The notes under the pieces are model-generated. The model ran no database searches. It was not told the DNA's origin and saw only the letters and a program-made list of their open reading frames with translations. 49,458 nt of DNA from a virus (Duplodnaviria > Caudoviricetes), in the IMG/VR virus record IMGVR_UViG_3300020045_001121, positions 1-49,458 of that record; one strand, 5' to 3'. Position 1 is the first letter of the stretch. Every line of letters begins with the position of its first letter. The translations under genes and the position numbers were made by a program. Positions 17,596 through 25,987 of this stretch are shown piece after piece.

Positions 17596-19071
17596 ATGGC
17601 AACGGTGCGTGAATTAGTGACAAAAATTTCCTTTGGTCTTGACCAAGGGAGTCTTAACCGTGCCGAAAGTTCAATCAGTAAATTGTCCGGCATGCTGTCA
17701 GGCATTGCCGCGTTTGCTTCTTTGCGTGCTTTGGCTGGAGTGGCCGATTCGATGCAGTCATTGGAATCTCGTATCGGGATGCTTCCTCAGACTATTGGTT
17801 CAGTTGGAGACGCCTTTAACGAAGTGTCAAAACATGCGAGTGATAACCGCCAATCTCTTGATGCTTACGGTACGCTTTATAACCGCATTGGCAATGCAGC
17901 CAAGGACTATGTAAAAACTCAGGGTGATTTGCTTAAAGTAACTGACACAATCAGTCAGGCGCTTGTCGTTGGTGGCGCTACGGCTCAAGAGGCATCGTCT
18001 GTAATGACTCAGTTTAGCCAAGCATTAGGCGCTGGCACATTGCAGGGTGAAGAGTTTCGCGCTATGGCTGAAGCTGCACCACAATACATGGATGAGTTGG
18101 CTATCGCTCTTAAAATACCTCGAAGCGAAATGAAAAAGCTCGCAAGCGAAGGAAAGATAACCTCAAAACAGGTTATTGAAGCAACCATGAAAATGTCAAG
18201 CATTTTCGAGGATAAATTCCGCAAAATGCCAATGACTATTGGTGCTGCAACTTCCATTATCGGAAACAAGTTTAAGACGATGGTTCAAAACATGAACCGT
18301 GAATCTCACGTTGTAACCAATGTGGCAAATTTCTTTTTGAGTGCTTTTGACCGCATTGAATCTGGTTTTAAATCATTCGTTGAATTCGTCGGAGGAGGCA
18401 CTAACGCGCTTAAACTGTTTGGCATTGCATTGCTTGCACTGTTTGGGCCAATGGCTTTAGGAGGGTTGTTGAGCATCCTTGGCGCTATCCTGTCTCCCGC
18501 TGGACTTGTCGTAGCTTCGCTTGTCTTGCTTGGCCTTGCCATTGACGATATTTACACCTACATGCAAGGTGGGCAGTCGCTGTTTGGAGACTTCCTGAAA
18601 GACCTTAAAAGTGGAGATGTTCTGACAGTTGGATTGACTGCTGCATTAGTAGGATTGACGGCTCAATTTGCTTATGTGGCAATCGCTTACGCGGCAATGT
18701 GGGCCAAAATGCGTATTACAGCCATGATTGAAGGCGCTAAGGTACTTGCCATCCAATTGGCGGCAATGGGTCCTACAGGCTGGGCTATAGCGGCTGGTGC
18801 TGGCATCGCTTTGGGTGCAGCTTACTTGCTTAATAAATCCAATGACGTTGGGTTGCCAAAGGTTGGCCCAGGCAGCGTTACGCCAGCCACCATGTTGCCT
18901 AATCTTGCGCCAGCTACACCGACTAGCAATACGGTACACCAAACAAATAACTTCACCATGCCACCGGGTACTCCGCAGTCTCACATTAATTTGCTTGAAA
19001 CTGGGGTTGTCAATATCCTGGGTCAAGGTAATGACAAGCTGGCGCGTGACATGAATGCACAGGGTAACTAA
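17596..19071 (+). CDS. Tape measure protein
   Basis: QFSQALGAGTLQGEEFRAMAEAAP tape-measure domain; hydrophobic C-terminal half. Confidence 0.92.
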   Translation: MATVRELVTKISFGLDQGSLNRAESSISKLSGMLSGIAAFASLRALAGVADSMQSLESRIGMLPQTIGSVGDAFNEVSKHASDNRQSLDAYGTLYNRIGNAAKDYVKTQGDLLKVTDTISQALVVGGATAQEASSVMTQFSQALGAGTLQGEEFRAMAEAAPQYMDELAIALKIPRSEMKKLASEGKITSKQVIEATMKMSSIFEDKFRKMPMTIGAATSIIGNKFKTMVQNMNRESHVVTNVANFFLSAFDRIESGFKSFVEFVGGGTNALKLFGIALLALFGPMALGGLLSILGAILSPAGLVVASLVLLGLAIDDIYTYMQGGQSLFGDFLKDLKSGDVLTVGLTAALVGLTAQFAYVAIAYAAMWAKMRITAMIEGAKVLAIQLAAMGPTGWAIAAGAGIALGAAYLLNKSNDVGLPKVGPGSVTPATMLPNLAPATPTSNTVHQTNNFTMPPGTPQSHINLLETGVVNILGQGNDKLARDMNAQGN

Positions 19072-19704
19072 ATGATAGGTTTTTATTACGGTGGGCCAAG
19101 TTCAGGAACTAAGGTTTTTGGAGGTATAGCGTCGATTGACTTTGATGCGACTCTAGACGAACTGCATGACTGGCGCAATGAGATTACACAAAACCCAGTT
19201 GAAACTGGTTCGCCAGTCACTGACCATGTGATCGAACGATCTGACAAGCTAAAGCTAACAGGAACGATCACAAACAGCCCTCTACGAGGCGAGTTTGCGG
19301 GTCAATACTTTGGTGGAGACAATGAATCACCACGCATTCAGACGGCATTTGATGCCATTCGTGAGCTGTTTAAATCTCGTGATGTTGTGGTGGTTTATAC
19401 CAAGCACGCTATTTACACCGATATGGTGATTGAATCAGTTTCAATCCCACGGAATTCTCAGATAGGCGAAGAGGTCCAATTCACGATGGAACTGGTTAAC
19501 GTCCGTTTTGTCGATACCCAGCTTGTAAAGTTGCCACCGGGTATTAGTGCTAAGAAGGATAAGAAGGCGGGCAACTTAGGAAAGAAAGCAGAGCCACAAA
19601 AAACAGCTGGTAATAAGATGCTAGATGAAAATTACAAGACTCGCGCACAGTCTTCTGGTCTTGCTAAAACAATTTCAGAAAACATCAAAAAGGCTTTGCA
19701 ATGA
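19072..19704 (+). CDS. Baseplate/tail-tube initiator (Dit-like)
   Basis: DATL.E.H.....IT.NPVETGS.VTDH, Y.DMVI.S. Confidence 0.8.
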   Translation: MIGFYYGGPSSGTKVFGGIASIDFDATLDELHDWRNEITQNPVETGSPVTDHVIERSDKLKLTGTITNSPLRGEFAGQYFGGDNESPRIQTAFDAIRELFKSRDVVVVYTKHAIYTDMVIESVSIPRNSQIGEEVQFTMELVNVRFVDTQLVKLPPGISAKKDKKAGNLGKKAEPQKTAGNKMLDENYKTRAQSSGLAKTISENIKKALQ

Positions 19705-20135
19705 TTATCGCTGAAATCCCACTGTTAGCAGATACGACTGATCAACTGGTTGACGTTGTTTTAAGTGATAACCCGTACACATTGCGCATTCTTTGGAATG
19801 AGAAGTACGGTTATTTTTCATTGTCAATTTACGCTCGGGATGGCGCTGTCATTCTTGAGAATATCAAGATGGTGAAAAACTACCCGCTAATTGGCCGGTT
19901 TAAAAATACGCTTCTGCCAATTGGTGATTTGTATTTCATTGACAACAAAAACAAACACTCACGCGCACTTTACGAATCAGTCGGAACGGGTGATTATTCA
20001 CTTGTTTATTATGTGCCTGATGCTGTTGTGTCTGAGGTGGTGGTTATCACGCCAGTAGAGGCTTTTAGCGGGTCGATCTGGGACAGTGGCCTGTCTGTAT
20101 GGGATAGCGGTTCGTCTGCGTGGGATGGTGCCTAA
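19701..20135 (+). CDS. Baseplate protein with C-terminal WD-x-G repeats
   Basis: EIPL....Q...V.L....Y.L...WN; tail IWDSGLSVWDSGSSAWDG. Confidence 0.7.
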   Translation: MIIAEIPLLADTTDQLVDVVLSDNPYTLRILWNEKYGYFSLSIYARDGAVILENIKMVKNYPLIGRFKNTLLPIGDLYFIDNKNKHSRALYESVGTGDYSLVYYVPDAVVSEVVVITPVEAFSGSIWDSGLSVWDSGSSAWDGA

Positions 20136-21058
20136 TGGCTTTATTTGACCGTGTAGCCTCGCTGATTGTTGGAAAGCCTGACGGTAAAGCCGTCGAGATT
20201 CGTGATCTACGGTTTTCATTCGCCATTGAGAAGGGTTCGATTGACACTCCAAATTCGTGTACTTGTCGAATCTACAATTTAAACAAAGACTCACGCGCTT
20301 TAGTCGAGACCGTCAACAACATTCTGATTTTGAAGGCGGGTTACAAACGCGACGTTGGCGAGATAACCATTTTCACCGGTACGGTTACTCGGGCTTTAAC
20401 TCGCATTGAAGGCGCTGATTCTGTCACCGAGTTGGAAATGTCAGACGGTGGTGCAGAATACAAAGACACAAAAACATCATTCAGCTTCGCGCCCGGCGTA
20501 TCGGCTCAGCAGGTTTTAAGCAACATTGCAGCCACGTTTAAGCTGCCTATACGGCCATTGCCAAGCGAGATAGCCACCAAGACATATCCAGATGGTTTCG
20601 CATTCATTGGCCGCTCACGCGAAGCGATGAAAAAGGCTTGTGATTTTCTAGGGCTTGAGTGGTCAATCCAGAATCGAGAGTTGCAAATGCTGAAACAAGG
20701 TAAAGCCGTTGATATGCAAGCCTTTGTTCTATCACCTGATACCGGGTTGATTGAGTCGCCAGAATCAGAGCATAAGATTTACTCTGAAAAGACAGCCGCT
20801 AAAAAAGGATTCACCGAAAAGCAAAAGGGCGTGCGCATGACCTATGGCGAAACCGAAGGCGGTAAGAACGAAAAGAAACTAGAGGTCCAAGGCTACCGCG
20901 TGAAAAGCCTTTTACAGCCAGCATTGCAGCCTGGTGGATATGTGCGATTGGATACCCGAGGGATTGATAAAGAGTACTTTAGAGTCGAAAACATCAACCA
21001 CGTCGGTGATTCTCACGGCGCTGACTGGTTTTCGCAGTTGGTTTTGCGGTATGTGTAA
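20135..21058 (+). CDS. Baseplate hub protein
   Basis: LR..F.I.K......N....IYNL, L.AGY, WSIQN..LQ, LSPDTGLI.SP, SLLQP.LQPG, H.GD.HG..W. Confidence 0.85.
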   Translation: MALFDRVASLIVGKPDGKAVEIRDLRFSFAIEKGSIDTPNSCTCRIYNLNKDSRALVETVNNILILKAGYKRDVGEITIFTGTVTRALTRIEGADSVTELEMSDGGAEYKDTKTSFSFAPGVSAQQVLSNIAATFKLPIRPLPSEIATKTYPDGFAFIGRSREAMKKACDFLGLEWSIQNRELQMLKQGKAVDMQAFVLSPDTGLIESPESEHKIYSEKTAAKKGFTEKQKGVRMTYGETEGGKNEKKLEVQGYRVKSLLQPALQPGGYVRLDTRGIDKEYFRVENINHVGDSHGADWFSQLVLRYV

Positions 21059-21103
21059 TGGTTCAAGCTTTCCACCTGATTGTCTCGCTACCTCCGAGAT
21101 AGG

Positions 21104-22004
21104 AGCTTATCTAGAATAAGCTGGTTAGGGTGGGGTGGCCGGTACTGATTTCCGGCATGGCTTCTTTCTGTTGCCAAAGACAACATGGTCTTACCTGACT
21201 AGCGCATCAGCCTGCGCATTCACCCCGTAAATTTTGATGGTGCAAGTGGGCTTCATACACTTGACGCTTTTATCTAGTTCACCATCAATCATGAACCCTG
21301 ACTTTACCCATACCGATTGCTAACTATGGCAAGGCTCATGATTGATAGCCGCATGGATTCCACATGCGCCCACTTCGTTTTAAGTCTTCGTGTCCGACTT
21401 TGATGGTTGCCGATTACGCCGTTAAGCGTTCTTGCGTCCGTTTGTTTACCCGTGTACTTTGGCAAACGTGCACTATCTATACCAAACCATCAAGTAAGCG
21501 GGCTGGGCTTGATTCCAGCTTCGCGGCGCGGGCACTATGTCCCGCGTTTACCCTTGGCTGGCCGGCTTACAACGTCCGGTGCCTGCGATAGCGCTCTTGC
21601 TGCGCTGCGTGTCCATCCACGCCGCCGCTTACTTGATAGTCCACGTCTTTCCGTGGGGTCACATAAATCTGAATCCTACTGAAAGTGAATTTATGAAGCA
21701 CTCACCAGCGTTTAACCGTCGCTGGCTTAACCGCCTTTCGGCTACGTTCCGCTATAACGGATATGGTTGATGGTGGAGGGACTCGAACCCTCTCGCGCTT
21801 CTGTGCCTCCAGGACTGCATAACGCTGCCATTCACCATCAAGTAAGCACAGGACGCAGCACGCTGGATTTAGACACCTTCGTACTCGGCACCAGCACAGT
21901 CAGAAATCACTCTGAACTTGTCTATTCCACCTGCTTGATAAATACAGGATCGTAGAGGTACGCTATCGCTGGCCTATGCTTACTTGATGACACTATTTCT
22001 AGTG
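21104..22004 (-). ncRNA. Array of structured, partly tRNA-like RNA domains
   Basis: Closing helices at 21132/21226, 21234/21288, 21284/21346, 21400/21493, 21489/21637, 21767/21841 and 21836/21989; G-U pairs favour the - strand; no credible ORF. Confidence 0.75.
21764..21840 (-). ncRNA. 77-nt tRNA-like RNA with CCA end, no assignable anticodon
   Basis: UGAUGGUG/CACCAUCA acceptor, GAGGG-UUCGAGU-CCCUC T arm, A-CCA 3' end. Confidence 0.7.
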
Positions 22005-22014
22005 CTTGGACTGA

Positions 22015-22044
22015 AGTTTAACGCCATTTCACTCAAAAATTCAA
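22015..22044 (-). promoter_or_regulatory. Putative promoter for the RNA array
   Basis: - strand TTGAAT-18 nt-TAAACT just upstream of the first hairpin. Confidence 0.5.
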
Positions 22045-22081
22045 TTTTGTTAAAAAATATTTATGGGCTAAAATGTGATAT

Positions 22082-22738
22082 ATGGCAGAAAATAACGACT
22101 TTATCAGCGCATTAAAAAGCATGGTAGACGGTCGCCTGCATGAAATCAATACAAGCCTGCCTGGTGTTATCACTGGTTACGCCAATGGCCGCGCTAGTGT
22201 TCAACCTACGCCTAAACGGCGCTTTGTTGATGGCGACGTTTTGACGTTCCCAATTCTGCAAAACGTGCGGGTTTGCTGGCCTAGCTTTAGTGGCGGGTCG
22301 GCGGGTGTCAAGGGGCCAATTAAAGCCGGTGATAAGTGCCTGCTAGTGTTCGCTCAGCAAGCTGTAGATGGCACGGATGATGCTCGCCGTTTTGATATTT
22401 CTGACTCTTATTGCATCCCTTGTGATCTCGGTAGTGCTGGCGCTGGTGATAGTGGCAATAACGACGCTATGACAGTGTTTTACGGGGCTGCATCAATGAG
22501 GCTTACCGCTGGCGGTGCTTTGGTCATTACAGCGCCTGGAGGGGTCGCTATTGAGGCTCCAAGCGTATCAAATAGCGGGTCACTTTCAAACGCTGGTGCC
22601 GTATCTATGGACTCAACCTTGATTGCGTCAGGTCAGGCCACTTTCACCACTGGCGCAAACATTGGCGGGATTGAATTCTCAGATCACGTCCACAGTGGCG
22701 TATCTACTGGGTTATCAAATACAGGGACTCCAGTTTGA
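22082..22738 (+). CDS. Baseplate central spike (Gp138/GpV-like)
   Basis: TSLPG.I, P...GD.CLL.FA, R.FD.SD, C-terminal H.HSGV metal-binding tip. Confidence 0.88.
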   Translation: MAENNDFISALKSMVDGRLHEINTSLPGVITGYANGRASVQPTPKRRFVDGDVLTFPILQNVRVCWPSFSGGSAGVKGPIKAGDKCLLVFAQQAVDGTDDARRFDISDSYCIPCDLGSAGAGDSGNNDAMTVFYGAASMRLTAGGALVITAPGGVAIEAPSVSNSGSLSNAGAVSMDSTLIASGQATFTTGANIGGIEFSDHVHSGVSTGLSNTGTPV

Positions 22739-23202
22739 TTGATATTGCATTAGACAAATTAACTCACGATCTTGTCTTGATTGACAATGATCTAGTTATG
22801 CTGGATGGCGCTGAACGCGTGCGTCAACACTTGGACATAAAGCTAAAATTATGGGCTGGCGAATGGTTTATGGATACCGAGTTTGGCACGCCGTATCTGT
22901 CTAACATCTTGGGCAAGCAAGTTAGCTTGGCGGGTTCTGTTGCGGCTTTGAAAAAGTCTATTTCAGATGTTGACGGAGTGCAGTCAATCACGCGCTTTGA
23001 GTTTGATTTTAACCGCTCATCAAGAAACTTAGATGTTAACTTTGATGTTCAAACGCCATACGGTAATTTGAATATTATTAAAGTTAAGCCAAAATATACA
23101 TCAATGGAGTTGGTTGCAATTTCTCAGTCTAAAAACTTTTCACTGAATGAAGATTACTTCAATACGTTGATTAATACAACAATACCATCACACGGATATT
23201 AA
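22735..23202 (+). CDS. Baseplate wedge/sheath initiator (gp25-like)
   Basis: V.Q.L...L....GEWF.DT.FG.PY, V.GV..I, V.TPYG; plus a C-terminal extension. Confidence 0.8.
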   Translation: MIDIALDKLTHDLVLIDNDLVMLDGAERVRQHLDIKLKLWAGEWFMDTEFGTPYLSNILGKQVSLAGSVAALKKSISDVDGVQSITRFEFDFNRSSRNLDVNFDVQTPYGNLNIIKVKPKYTSMELVAISQSKNFSLNEDYFNTLINTTIPSHGY

Positions 23203-23203
23203 A

Positions 23204-25006
23204 ATGGCACAACTACCTTTAGATCAAGCTATAAAAAGACTTCAAACAAATGACGAACGGCTTGAAAAGTTTGCCAATGGTGGAGTTGGTGAAAGTTACA
23301 CGTCATCCGCTGGCGCAGTTGTTCCGTCTATTCAAAAATTCTTAGCAACAAAAAACACAGAGATTAATGTCGGAGCTGAAAGCGCTTTGGCTGGAGCTGT
23401 AGCTGCAATGGAAGCCGCTGAATTAAGTGCGACTGATGCCGCTGATTCTGCCGCGTCTTTGATTGGCTCTGGTACTGCTGCATTGATTGGTACGGTGCCA
23501 GCCGGTAATTTGACGGCGGTTAATGTTCAGGGTGCGTTAGACGAACTTGATTACGAAAAAGTTTCTATTAATCAATTGGCTTCCACAGATGGCGCATCAC
23601 TGATTGGCTACATTACTGATGGCGTTGGCGCTGTTGATACTACGGTGCATGGAAGGCTACGTGAGATAGATTACATAGTAGATGGGTTGGATTCTTTCAA
23701 ATACTTGGAAAGCACGTTAAACGGAGTGTCATCATTCCTCGAAAACGAAATCAGCGACTACCGTGGCGACAACTTGCCTACCTATCTACGTCGAGTTGTT
23801 GAGTATCGTCGCTTGGTTGGAAGCACAGAAATATATGAGGCAGTCGCTGAGAAGTCTATCAACACGACAGCAGTTGCATATTGTTTGCGCTACTACGCAA
23901 CCATTTCGAAAAACTACCCGACACAAGCTGGTCAAACCAGACACCACATTGCCGTATTGGCAGATGCGCTGGTAGCACTACAGCACAAAGACGCGCGCAA
24001 AGCCAGATTTGGCGGAATTGCACTCGCCCCCAAGGATGGATCAGCAAGTGCTTTTGGGTCGGCTTACGCTGGACTTGGTTTGCTTGCAGCATACCGAGTC
24101 ACAAATAACCCAGCGTATCTTCAGGCATGCCGAAATATCGCAACTTTTCTATCCGTACTCAACAGCCCTAACGCCAAATACACTGCGATATACGGTGTAG
24201 CACCCATCCCTGCTGTAGCACAGAATGCTACGTGGAATGGGTTCTGTGATCAGATCAGTGCATCTGACACGATCACGACAACGCACACTACATGGAACCT
24301 TGTCGGATGTATGTTCCTGAAAGAACTCTACGAAGAGACGGGCACTACGGCTTATCAAACGCTTTACGTTGCGGTGCGCGACTGGGGCGCAACCGGCCTG
24401 ACGAGTTTCTATGACTTTCACGCTGTCTACCATGCTGGGGCATTGCCTGCGCATGTGAGCAACAATTGGTTCGCCGCTGGCATCACAAAGCAAGACGGTG
24501 CATGGCATCGGCGCGGCGAAGATGTACTGTCGGGCGGGCTGGCCGTCAACACCATCGGTAGTGATCAAATGGAGTACGCCATTGAGGCGCTCTATGCCAC
24601 GGGCTACACATTGGCGACGATAAAAACCGCCTACGACACGATCCAGTCGTGGCCGAATGCAGACGGTGGTGCTTTTGGCGCAGCCTATGACGGGCGCATC
24701 TGCTGGCCCGGTTATTTCCGCATCAACGCGCCTGTTTATGGCGGCGAGTCAAAAGCGTATGGCAGCCACTACGACACCCAGGGCATCGGTCCATTGCTTA
24801 AATTCAAGCATGATCAGTATCCATCGCACTATGCGGTATCTGAGCCCAAAGCGTTGCTTGCACCGACTATTGGTACGCTGGTAGATAAGGACTTCGCCAC
24901 GATCTGGAGCGCCGATTATTCAGGTGTTTTTGAATATACGACAGTCGGAACAGGAACTGTAAAAGGCGTAATTGCCATTGGACTCATGGAGGCATTAAAT
25001 GCGTAG
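23204..25006 (+). CDS. Tailspike-like protein with a putative alpha-helical toroid enzymatic domain
   Basis: N-terminal virion-anchor motifs (NVQGALDEL, GASLIGY...GAV..TV...LRE); C-terminal repeats LL.AY.VT....YL and L.ELYE.TG...Y. Confidence 0.6.
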   Translation: MAQLPLDQAIKRLQTNDERLEKFANGGVGESYTSSAGAVVPSIQKFLATKNTEINVGAESALAGAVAAMEAAELSATDAADSAASLIGSGTAALIGTVPAGNLTAVNVQGALDELDYEKVSINQLASTDGASLIGYITDGVGAVDTTVHGRLREIDYIVDGLDSFKYLESTLNGVSSFLENEISDYRGDNLPTYLRRVVEYRRLVGSTEIYEAVAEKSINTTAVAYCLRYYATISKNYPTQAGQTRHHIAVLADALVALQHKDARKARFGGIALAPKDGSASAFGSAYAGLGLLAAYRVTNNPAYLQACRNIATFLSVLNSPNAKYTAIYGVAPIPAVAQNATWNGFCDQISASDTITTTHTTWNLVGCMFLKELYEETGTTAYQTLYVAVRDWGATGLTSFYDFHAVYHAGALPAHVSNNWFAAGITKQDGAWHRRGEDVLSGGLAVNTIGSDQMEYAIEALYATGYTLATIKTAYDTIQSWPNADGGAFGAAYDGRICWPGYFRINAPVYGGESKAYGSHYDTQGIGPLLKFKHDQYPSHYAVSEPKALLAPTIGTLVDKDFATIWSADYSGVFEYTTVGTGTVKGVIAIGLMEALNA

Positions 25007-25928
25007 TATTTACAAAAACATTGCTCACAATCCCCGCTTTCAGCTTTGGCCTTTTGGCTCAAGTGGGATTGTGGCGACAGGCCCAACTGCTGCTCGTTGG
25101 AAGCTAGAGCTAACAAACGCTAATGATGTGGTCGCAGTATCAAAAGGCACCAATGCCAGCACGACAAAATACGATAAGTGGATGCGCAGCGAAGCCAATA
25201 TGACAATCGCGGTCACAGGGCTGGATGCGGCAAGCACACTGCGCATCCGTCAATTCCAAGAGTGGGCAGAGGATTTCGGACAGAATTGCGTTGTCATGAC
25301 GGTGATTGCGTCAGGGCCAGCAGGGTCTAGTTTTTATTTCGGCATTGGCGATAACTACGATACGCTCACCACACTCGGAAATGATGCAGGTGGGGACCCT
25401 ATCATGGTAGCAAAGACATCTACTTTTGCTTTTGATGATCCCGTGTATGAATACATGCGCGTAACTCCTTTTGAGTCGCCTTCTGCTGTTGGTACTTATC
25501 GATTGCACTATGTAAACGCTGAGGTCATGGCAAATCCAAATGAGCGCAGCGAGTTCGAGCTTCGCCCAGAATGGGAAGAGTGGGACATCATTAAACGCTA
25601 CATTACACCCATTAAAACTGGGATGTTTGCCACTGGGGCTGGGGTGACGGGTATTCGTATACCAGTAGTAGCACCACCCGGCGGCTGGAGAATTGCGCCA
25701 TCCATTGCACCTGGCGGGAGGGCAACGTCAGTAAAAATCAATTTGAATAGTGGTGGCACTGAGATTACAAACAACGCTCCCGTATTTACTTTGGCTACAA
25801 CACCACCCCCAAATGTGCACGGATGTGTGATTTTATTCACCGGGTTTACTACCACGGCGGCGGCAAGCCAGTACGTCATTGGTGACAACCCTGACCCTAT
25901 CTTTTACCTAAACGCTGACTATTTCTAA
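24999..25928 (+). CDS. Hypothetical structural/receptor-binding protein
   Basis: 309-aa beta-rich ORF with GGAGG RBS, ending L.ADY. Confidence 0.6.
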   Translation: MRSIYKNIAHNPRFQLWPFGSSGIVATGPTAARWKLELTNANDVVAVSKGTNASTTKYDKWMRSEANMTIAVTGLDAASTLRIRQFQEWAEDFGQNCVVMTVIASGPAGSSFYFGIGDNYDTLTTLGNDAGGDPIMVAKTSTFAFDDPVYEYMRVTPFESPSAVGTYRLHYVNAEVMANPNERSEFELRPEWEEWDIIKRYITPIKTGMFATGAGVTGIRIPVVAPPGGWRIAPSIAPGGRATSVKINLNSGGTEITNNAPVFTLATTPPPNVHGCVILFTGFTTTAAASQYVIGDNPDPIFYLNADYF

Positions 25929-25987
25929 TCTGCGTATGCAAATTACGAAGCTTACAATCTATTATGTATTTGATTAAAAGGAATTAA

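Noticed and set aside
21364-21955. Short + strand ORFs (21364, 21407, 21537, 21767) in the hub-spike gap
   Set aside because: They overlap each other, lack RBSs and have non-protein-like composition; RNA helices explain the region better
21234-21989. Possible CRISPR or TIGR-type guide array
   Set aside because: The repeats are short inverted stems with irregular 55-155 nt units, not regular direct repeats; no Cas or Nop-domain effector was recognised, and the Cas4-like gene is an ordinary recombination exonuclease
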